Positions 29,905-37,929 of a stretch of DNA of 64,000 nt are shown here, piece after piece (position 1 is the first letter of the stretch; each line of letters begins with the position of its first letter). The notes beneath the pieces are model-generated. The model was given only the letters and a program-made list of their open reading frames with translations. It was not told where the DNA came from and made no database searches. The position numbers and the translations under genes were made by a program. Origin of the DNA: Andalucia godoyi And28 (lineage: Eukaryota; Protista; Jakobida); the NCBI GenBank assembly GCA_009859145.1, contig VRVR01000031.1, positions 202,597 through 266,596 on the forward strand, in the 5' to 3' direction.

Positions 29905-30498
29905 ATGAGTGATGCGCTTCTTTTGCATGCTGTTTCGAATGGGGATCACGACCAGGTGCGAGCGTTGCTTGCGGAGGGAATGGCATCTGCAAACACAAAA
30001 TCTGCAACGGGGTCGACCGCGCTGCATCTTGCTGTGAATCGGAGCATGGCCTCGATGGTGGAGCTTCTTATTCCGTATGTGAACGACCCGAGCGTGTCGG
30101 AGAAGCCGGAGTGCGGTGGTCTAACGCCGCTGCATGCCGCGTCGCAAAGTGGGAATGTGAAGATCATTGAGCTATTGTGCGATGCAAAGGCCGAAGTGAA
30201 CATCATGGACTCGCTTGGATACACTCCGTTGCACTGGGCTGCAAAGAAGGGGCATTTGGATGCCGTAAAAGTGCTGCTGAGCCGCGGGGCCAACCCGGAA
30301 ATACAGGATCTCATGGGGAAAACAGCGTACTACTGGGCAAGGGAGTTTGGGCACAAGCAGATATGTGAGTTGCTGCCGGTCTTTAAGTACGATGTTTGGA
30401 AGGCGACGGAGACGCACGAGGCTCGGTTTGGGGTCAAGAAGGACGATGATGATGGCGATCCAAAGAAGAAGAAGGACGCAAAGAAGAAGAAGAAGTAA
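29905..30498 (+). CDS. Ankyrin repeat protein with Lys-rich tail
   Basis: GSTALHLA, GLTPLHAA, GYTPLHWA, GKTAYYWA. Confidence 0.92.
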   Translation: MSDALLLHAVSNGDHDQVRALLAEGMASANTKSATGSTALHLAVNRSMASMVELLIPYVNDPSVSEKPECGGLTPLHAASQSGNVKIIELLCDAKAEVNIMDSLGYTPLHWAAKKGHLDAVKVLLSRGANPEIQDLMGKTAYYWAREFGHKQICELLPVFKYDVWKATETHEARFGVKKDDDDGDPKKKKDAKKKKK

Positions 30499-30690
30499 GC
30501 ACGTAAATCAGTCCGTCCGTCTTGCATGTAAATAAGAAGAATTAATAAAAAAAAAATAAAGGATGAAAAATGGGGATATTTTTACATATCTTTTCTTGTT
30601 CGTTGCGTAATAAATAATGAAGCATGATAGATTTTGTGCGAAGCAGCCACACAGAAAAGAAAGAACGAGAGAAAGAAAGAAAGAGAGAAA

Positions 30691-32616
30691 TTACAGGTAG
30701 CGAGACAATATAGAGACAACGGCTTCGGGATGTACTGTGGTCACGGATCCGTCGGGGAGTCGCTGCGAATCTGAGGGAGACGCCGTCCACACAGCATAGT
30801 CAAAATCAAGCCATTTGGAAAGATGCTCAAAGACGCGCCATGTGCTCTCCCGGAAGATTTCAAAGCACAGGGGCTTGCGTCCCGTGATATGCTCCGGTAG
30901 CAGGTACAGAATATTCGCTGTTCCTCCGCCGTGCATCGCAAGCCAGACGTGATGCCGTCGAATAAGCAACACTTGTTCAAGGAAGGGCAGGTTGGCCATG
31001 TCGACGATCGAAACGTGAACTTCGGGATGTGCCTTCTTCACCTCGTCGGCCAAATCATCTTCGTTTGCAATACGCCGGTCCATAAACGTATGGCCTTCAT
31101 AGGGTCTCCGTGACGACAGCAGAACTAAAACGGGAGACTTGCCCGCCACTGCCACATTCTGCTCGTGCTGCACAATTCGAGTCATGAGTTCTAAGAATGC
31201 AGGAGAGCGGATTGCCACGACAGACCGCTGTTGCAGCATGGACCGTATCCATTGGTTGAAGGAATTTCGCATGAACGATGCAAAGTCCTTCGCAAGATTC
31301 ATGGATGAATCACATGATAGATCCGCGTGCATATCCGCGAAGAAGTAAGAATGGTAGCCAGGAGGAACGAAGAAGGCATTCCGGTAGCCGATGGCGGAGG
31401 AGCTCAGTCCTTCCTTTGTCGCGTCCGTGAATTCTGTTAATTCCGTGGACTTGGTGGCGCGCATCATGTTCTTCCACAGTTGATCATACGGGCTTGGGCC
31501 ATGATTGTCCAGCAGGACTACTCTCCAATTTTGGTCATCCAGTCCAAACATGCGAATCGTGGCGTGCACCATTGTCATATCCGTCATGGAATGGAAGGTA
31601 TTGCGATGTTCCTGATACTCGCGAGTAACAAACAGCACCGGATCTTCAATCCACAACACATCTTCTTCTGCAAACCTGCTCGAGGGCCTGTCTTCCTGAT
31701 CATCTGTGCTACTATCGCTGGAGCACTCGAAAGAGGAGAAGATATCTTGGAAATGGTCCTTTGAAAGATCAGTGAACCACTGCTGGCTCGCAGACGCCAG
31801 CCTGCAATTGATCCCTTGCAGTGCCCCTTTTCTGTAATCAAACAGCGTCTTCTCCTTGGACGGCATCCAATCCCTGTACTTTAATTTTTCCAGCGGTAGC
31901 CGCTTTCCGTAGTCGATAATTAAATTGGAGGCACGGCACCACGTGTGCGGATGCGTCGCCGGTGGCGCCCAGCCCGGGCTCGCCATTCCACAGTCCACGG
32001 TCGTCGAGCTCGCACGACCCCTCCCTTTGCCACCCGCACCCGCACCGGCACCCGCACCGGCACTGTCGGACGAAGAACGCGGTGACACAAGAGTCTGCGA
32101 CGCATCGAGCCACGTCTTCAACCACCCGTAGCCCATCTTCCGTTCACAATCGCTCCAGCTAGACATTGGCGCGCTCACCGACGAGCTCTGGCCTTCGTCG
32201 CTTCCAAAAACATGAAATTCCGAATAGTCGACTTCTGAGTGATCCATGATCGACGACTCGACGCGCGGCCTCTGTCCTTTTTCCTGCTTCTTCTGTGCTT
32301 CGGGTTCAGCTTCGGGTTCAGCTTGCTGTGGACTCTTTTGAGTCTTTGGACTGCGCTGCTTCAAACCCTCTGATGGGACAGCGGGAGGAGGAGGAGGAGG
32401 AGGTGTTGGCGGCGGCGGTTGTGTCTCTGGCTTGCGCCATCGTGGGGCCAAAGGTGGCGGTGCATACTTGCTAGCAGCTTCAGCTTCTGCCCGCAATCGT
32501 CGCAGCGAACCTGGCACAATCAGATTAAACAACAGAATTGCAACGAGAATAATCATCAAGAATGAACCGGGATTCGGCATCGAGCGAACTCGGAGCAATG
32601 GACTCGACAACACCAT
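30691..32616 (-). CDS. Glycosyltransferase family 61 (EOGT-like), type II membrane protein
   Basis: N-terminal TM + Pro-rich stem; NTFHSMTD, RRIANEDDL, FLEQV...LAMHGGGTANILYL. Confidence 0.85.
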   Translation of the reverse strand: MVLSSPLLRVRSMPNPGSFLMIILVAILLFNLIVPGSLRRLRAEAEAASKYAPPPLAPRWRKPETQPPPPTPPPPPPPAVPSEGLKQRSPKTQKSPQQAEPEAEPEAQKKQEKGQRPRVESSIMDHSEVDYSEFHVFGSDEGQSSSVSAPMSSWSDCERKMGYGWLKTWLDASQTLVSPRSSSDSAGAGAGAGAGGKGRGRASSTTVDCGMASPGWAPPATHPHTWCRASNLIIDYGKRLPLEKLKYRDWMPSKEKTLFDYRKGALQGINCRLASASQQWFTDLSKDHFQDIFSSFECSSDSSTDDQEDRPSSRFAEEDVLWIEDPVLFVTREYQEHRNTFHSMTDMTMVHATIRMFGLDDQNWRVVLLDNHGPSPYDQLWKNMMRATKSTELTEFTDATKEGLSSSAIGYRNAFFVPPGYHSYFFADMHADLSCDSSMNLAKDFASFMRNSFNQWIRSMLQQRSVVAIRSPAFLELMTRIVQHEQNVAVAGKSPVLVLLSSRRPYEGHTFMDRRIANEDDLADEVKKAHPEVHVSIVDMANLPFLEQVLLIRRHHVWLAMHGGGTANILYLLPEHITGRKPLCFEIFRESTWRVFEHLSKWLDFDYAVWTASPSDSQRLPDGSVTTVHPEAVVSILSRYL

Positions 32617-32670
32617 CTTCTTCCTTTTCTTTTCTTCTTCCCCTTTCTCCCACGTTCTTTTGCCTTTCCT

Positions 32671-32710
32671 TTTGCTATTTGCTATTTGCTATTTGCTATT
32701 TGCTATTTGC
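32671..32710. repeat. (GCTATTT)x5 heptamer repeat
   Basis: Direct reading. Confidence 0.9.
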
Positions 32711-33075
32711 CTTCTTCGCTTTTTGTCATAGTCATAGTTGTTGTTTGTTGTGAGGCAATGGGCACGTCTTGGACTTGAGGCTTGAGACTTGGCGTGGCAT
32801 TGGACCACGTTCCACTACAGTTGGCAGAGCAGCTCCCGGTTGCTTACCCCTCAGAACTGCACAAAAAGAAAAAGAAAAAGAAAGGTCTGCGGGAAAACTG
32901 CGAATGACGCGACATGCCGAGATTGAGAAGCATCGGACGCAAACGACGTACACGCAAGAGAATAGCGGTCTTTCGTACGAACATAGCATTCTATATTTGA
33001 AATAGAAGAAGAAAGGAGAAAAGAGGAAAAGAAGAAGAAGAAGGAGGAAAAAAAAAAAGAAAAAGATTAATCGTA

Positions 33076-34308
33076 ATGCTGCCTCGGTCGTTTGCGGGGT
33101 CGAGTGATCTTCGGTTCAAGCTTTCTCGAAAAATATTCGAATCTGCCTCTGCATCTGCGTCGTCTCTGCTTGATCGGGACTCGTCGTCATCGTCGTCATC
33201 GTCGCCTCCGCCTCTGCTACCGGGTTCGCCTGTGCGTTATGCAATCGAAAAGAATGCACATGATGAGGACTCGGAGCGTAATCAGAGTCGCCACAGGACA
33301 CCAAAGCCTTCTGCGTCAGTAAGCGCGCAAAAGCCGGTTGTCCATTCGCGCAAACGCCAGCGAGGCAACGCATATTCTGAGGCGCAGCAACTCAACAATA
33401 ATCGTGATGGTGATGATGATGATGATGGTGATCACGATGATGATGGTGCTGATGAGGATGGAGATGGTAATAATGATGATGATAACAATGACGACGATGA
33501 CGACGACGACGATGATGATGGAGAAGAAAAAGAAGATAGGGCTGATCGTGGGAAAAAGATTCTGAATAATAACAAACGACGAGTCGGTCAGAGTCCTCCA
33601 GGGAAGAAAAAGGCCGCAGGATCTGCTCCAGCTGCGAAGATTGTGCCCGTTGTTTCCCGGCGTCGCAATGGGCATGCCGGGGAAGGCAGTGCCAATGCCA
33701 ATGCCAATGGTAATGGTAATGATGGCGATGACGATGATGACAACGACGAAGAAGATGATGACGACGATGATGACGAAATGGATGATGTGGATGCTGAAGA
33801 GCAGGAGGAAAATTTCAGAACGGGAGAGCTTGTCTTGAAGAAGAAGAATCGAAAGTACATACCGACGCAGGATGAGCTGATTACGAATGAAGCTCTGGTT
33901 ACGAATGTTCGTGGATACCGTGCGAAGATGGCTGCGGCGGAAGGTGGCGTGGATGAAGACGAAGAGGCTGCACGGAGACTGGAAGCCAAGCGCAAGCGAA
34001 GGATGATGGAGGAAAAAAGAATGGAGCTGCAACGCACGCAGACCATCGAACGTCTTCTGCAGAGATCGCAGAAGAGTACTCAAAAGGGAAGAAAAAAGGA
34101 GACGGATATCACCGAGAGTATGACGGCGGCGGCAAAGTCTGCAGAAATTATCGAGCAAGAGCAGCAGCTCAAGGACCGCAAGAGCGCCATTGTCGCACAG
34201 GGAGAGCTGAAGCCTGGATACTTTCGATACATCGACAGTCGGGATAAAACAGTCTTGGTGCTTCCCATTCCCGATGCACCACCATCTGTGGACTACGCCG
34301 AGTCGTGA
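33076..34308 (+). CDS. INO80B: INO80 complex subunit B / Ies2-like (PAPA-1 domain)
   Basis: Acidic low-complexity N-terminus; EAKRKRR...QTIERLLQ and GYFRYIDS...TVLVLP typical of PAPA-1. Confidence 0.65.
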   Translation: MLPRSFAGSSDLRFKLSRKIFESASASASSLLDRDSSSSSSSSPPPLLPGSPVRYAIEKNAHDEDSERNQSRHRTPKPSASVSAQKPVVHSRKRQRGNAYSEAQQLNNNRDGDDDDDGDHDDDGADEDGDGNNDDDNNDDDDDDDDDDGEEKEDRADRGKKILNNNKRRVGQSPPGKKKAAGSAPAAKIVPVVSRRRNGHAGEGSANANANGNGNDGDDDDDNDEEDDDDDDDEMDDVDAEEQEENFRTGELVLKKKNRKYIPTQDELITNEALVTNVRGYRAKMAAAEGGVDEDEEAARRLEAKRKRRMMEEKRMELQRTQTIERLLQRSQKSTQKGRKKETDITESMTAAAKSAEIIEQEQQLKDRKSAIVAQGELKPGYFRYIDSRDKTVLVLPIPDAPPSVDYAES

Positions 34309-34431
34309 GAATGTCGGTATGACCGTGACTGTGAAAAATCATCATGCATGTAAAAAGTATACGATTATTTACAATGGCACATGGAAGGATAATACACGCA
34401 AAAATGCAGGAGCAACGACCATGACGTTGCG

Positions 34432-35328
34432 CTACACAGCCGTCAGCAGGACCAAGAGTTCGTGCGCTCTCGAGCGTACAAGCTTGTTTTTTGGAGCTGC
34501 AGACTCTGCGTTGAGACCCTGCATGGGAGTGCGGACAAGGTCTTCGTCGAGTTCTCTGTGCTGACTGCACAGCTCGTGCAACGCAGACTCGAGAATCCGC
34601 CTTTGCTGCAGCGAAATACTCATTTGCAAGTCAAACGAACGCTCCATAAAGTCCAGCCCGAGCACAACAAACTCGCGCATTCGCAAAAACGAAATGCACT
34701 TGTTCACCAACAGCATGCACCACGGTTCCTGGATCGTATCAAGCACAGAAGGGCCCGTTTGACGCATCAGCCGTGCAACCATGACATCATCTCCGTTTTC
34801 CAGCGCAATCGAGTACGCATCCTCAATGCTGCCTTCGTCCAGCGCAGACAGGACTTTTCGCCAAACAGATTTCGGATCCATGAATCCAATCTCGTGGATG
34901 GCCTCTTCTCCGCCCCACAGATCACGAGCCGAGTTGGCGAAAGACGGACCCTCTTGTGCGTCCATGCCGTCCAGGTCGAGCGCTGGGACACTCGAGTTGC
35001 GCGTCCCACCGCCGTTGGATGTCTGCTCGTCGGGCATTAAGCTCCGAATCCGAGACGAGGATGCTTTTGCAGCATCCTGAACCCGATCCAGATGCGTGGA
35101 CACCCGCGTCAGATGCATGTCCACGGCTTCAATGGAGTCGCGCGTGGACTGGAAAAACGGACCAAGGAGCTCAAACATGCGACGATTCGAGTCCAAGAGG
35201 TATGAGAGATTCTGCTGGATCGATCGAGAGCCGTACTCCTCGGAACTCTTGTGCGCCAGTCGTCCATTCTCCGATTCAAATCTCTCGGAAAACACTTCGG
35301 GAGTCAACGGAAACGAGCAGATACTCAT
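34432..35328 (-). CDS. TORTIFOLIA1/SPIRAL2-like protein (coiled coil + C-terminal domain, no HEAT/TOG)
   Basis: GSIEDAYSIALENGDDVMVARLMRQTGP resembles the SPR2 C-terminal domain (recalled); first ATG 35328. Confidence 0.6.
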   Translation of the reverse strand: MSICSFPLTPEVFSERFESENGRLAHKSSEEYGSRSIQQNLSYLLDSNRRMFELLGPFFQSTRDSIEAVDMHLTRVSTHLDRVQDAAKASSSRIRSLMPDEQTSNGGGTRNSSVPALDLDGMDAQEGPSFANSARDLWGGEEAIHEIGFMDPKSVWRKVLSALDEGSIEDAYSIALENGDDVMVARLMRQTGPSVLDTIQEPWCMLLVNKCISFLRMREFVVLGLDFMERSFDLQMSISLQQRRILESALHELCSQHRELDEDLVRTPMQGLNAESAAPKNKLVRSRAHELLVLLTAV

Positions 35329-35812
35329 CTTGGTTACCGCATACAACGTCTTTGAGAATTTGTTAAAACCCGACACAAAACCAAACAAACAGTTCAAACG
35401 GCGCTGAACATCGAAAACAACATCAAATCGGAAGTTTACGTTTGTCTAACCCGATATGGGGGACGCGATGTGTTCCTACCGTAGTCAAGCTCAGAATTCC
35501 TCTTATTCATTCTACTATTCCTTCTGTTTGTTTGTGTTTTACTATCGAACCGTCAAGCGGACAAAACATCGCATGGCTCCAAAGAAGGATCTTTCCCAAC
35601 AAACGCAAACTCGGTAATGTCCGAGGATAGCGAGAACAAAGAAATTCGTTGACCCCCCTCTCATCGGAGGCGGAGAGCAGCAAGAAGAAGCGACGACCCT
35701 TTTGATGCAGATCATTCTGCACTGAAGAGTTGGTGCTCGCCCCAAATGGGATCTGTCGGCGGTGACAGCTTAGCCGATGATCAATGATGATTCATGTTTT
35801 TGGCGAGCAGAT
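35314..35812 (-). mobile_element. Element B: diverged longer copy of element A, between 9-bp direct repeats; contains a group II domain V-like hairpin
   Basis: CGAGCAGAT at 35314-35322 and 35804-35812; minus strand 35579-35547 reads GAGCCATGCGATGTTTTGTCCGCTTGACGGTTC. Confidence 0.5.
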
Positions 35813-35947
35813 GCATCCTCTTGTGAGCTGGTTTTCTTCTTCTTACAGCTGGCATCAGCGACAATCCTGCAAGCTTGGAAGCCCAGTCTAGTCCATGCCC
35901 ATTCTACGAGGTCTTCATAGCGTGGGCTTTTACAACGTATCAGTTCG

Positions 35948-37460
35948 CTACAATCGTATAAAGATCTTTGCTTTGTACAAGACGCCAGCAACGGTTGTCC
36001 ACAGCAAGACGTGGACAAACGACCAAAGGAAGTTCGCGAGCTGGTCTGATGCGACCCAGGTTTTGAACATGTTTTCGTACAGATAAAGCCACAGTGTTTG
36101 GCCGTCGGAAACAGTGATGTTGTCCATGAAGAGAACGCCCAGGAAGACCATACCGACGAAAACGACGAGCGGATTTGTGCCGAGCCATCGCAGAGGCTGC
36201 ACAAGCCGCAGAACAAGTCTCGAGGGGAAAATGTCACAAAGCGCCGTGCAAAAGCACAACACAGCGCCGCTGAATCCGCTTGTAATCAGCGTGAACGAAA
36301 CGCTCCATAGCTTCTTGTTGAACGGTGTTGCGTACTGCAGCCAGTATGCACAGGAAATCAGCACAAAGGCAAACGTCATCCACATTGCGCAAAGCCGTTC
36401 CATTGTGATCTTTGACTTGTACCTTTGCCAGATGAGGCCAAATTCATATCCAAAGAGCCCAGTGACACAGGAGGTGAGCGTGGACCAGAGGCCTTCCGGA
36501 TCCGTCGGATGAATCCTATTGCGACACTCAAAGCAAAACCGGAGAGGCGGTTGAAAAAGAAAGACACAAAGTAAGCCAAGGAGAAGATCGACAAAGCAGG
36601 AGGGAGAGGCGAGACGTCAAAATAAAAGAAATATATAATGAAAAAAAAAAAGACACATACATGTACTTTCCGTACACTTCCCGATCGATGTACCCACTTG
36701 GATTGCACGTCGGCGAAAGGTCTCCTCGATCTGTTCACGAGTGCAGGTCAAGCGGAAACCCAAACAACAAGTCCAAAAAAAGAAGAGAAGAGACGAGGGA
36801 TTAGCAATGTAGCAGCGACGGGGGGATGATGAGACGGGATGGCTCGAAAGCCGTACAAAGATCACGATACATACCGCAGTCCGAGTAGTCAGGCACCTTG
36901 ATCGAGTACATGACAATGGCATACAACGCAAGGAACAAGAACATGACGAGCCTTCTTCCAGCGTCGTTCAGGAAAACAGCGCCAAGACTAATGACACCAT
37001 AGACGATCCCAAGCCTTTGCAAGACGCCCATCACACGAAACGGGGTCTTGAATTTCCGAGCCTGCACATTGAGCCACAGCCCAATCAAAAACAAGAGCGC
37101 GGCTCGTCTCAGAATGTTAAACAGCAGCGCCCAAGTCTTGCTTTTCTTTGACAGCGAAAATGCAGCCGACATTCCCATAATGAACAAAAACGACGGGAAA
37201 ATGCAGTCTGCAAGCTGGATTCCTTCCCACTCCGTTTCATCAAACGGAGGGAAAATCGGCTTGGAAAAGTCTCCCTGATTGTCAACAATAATCATACCAA
37301 CCATGGTCGCACCGCGGAAAACATCCAGCGCCAGCAGCCGCGCTCCCAGCGTCGCATTTCCTTTTGTTGGTTCTCCTGAATTAATGCTCTGCACACTCGA
37401 CGCAGGGCCGCCAGCAAGAGGAAGCAGCGGCCGCGATTCATTCAGATTCAACACCGGCAT
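35948..37460 (-). CDS. HGSNAT: Heparan-alpha-glucosaminide N-acetyltransferase-like; exons 37460-36875, 36730-36661, 36515-35948
   Basis: ALDVFRGATM, DCIFPSFLFIMG, GVLQRLG; spliced junctions give CDRGDLSPTCNPSGYIDREVYGKYMIHPTDPEGL; LWSVSFTLITSG, LGTNPL. Confidence 0.92.
36516..36660 (-). other. Spliceosomal intron, 145 nt
   Basis: GTATGT...AATAG; restores frame into DPEG motif. Confidence 0.9.
36731..36874 (-). other. Spliceosomal intron, 144 nt
   Basis: GTATGT...CTTGAC...AACAG; restores conserved HGSNAT motif. Confidence 0.9.
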
Positions 37461-37733
37461 ATCCTCAACAGCAAAAAACCCCCAAAAATCCAACAGCCAA
37501 AAAAAAAAGAAGAAGAAAGGACGGGAGAGAAGAAATACATATATATATATATATATATATATAACGGAAAGAAGGAATGAAGGAAAAGGAATGCAACGTT
37601 GTATATTGATTTACCAGACGTGATGCTCCGCAGCGGAAATTATCGGGCTTTTCGTTTGCGCATGCTTTTCCCGATGGAGAGGTTTTTGCATGATGTGCCA
37701 TGCACGCTAAGCCAAGCAGGCCGGCCCGCCCGC

Positions 37734-37747
37734 TTTTCGCGCCAAAA
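37734..37747 (+). promoter_or_regulatory. E2F-like site TTTTCGCGCCAAAA upstream of the SNF2-RING gene
   Basis: Contains the classical TTTCGCGCCAAA; about 180 nt upstream of ATG. Confidence 0.45.
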
Positions 37748-37929
37748 ATATAAACAGACAATGACAACCCAAAACCCAAAAACCCATTTTCTTCTGTCAA
37801 ACAGAGTCATTGTTTTCCAGTTGTGAATCGTTGTTTCTTTTCCTTTATTATTTTCCATGGTGAGGGTTTTCTTCTTCTTGGTCGTCTTTTGATTCCTATT
37901 TTTTTCCTCTCCTTCTTCAGCTCCGTCCA

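Noticed and set aside
35617-35787. In-frame TGA (35650) as selenocysteine or readthrough
   Set aside because: No redox motif, no recognisable SECIS, no homology; lies inside element B
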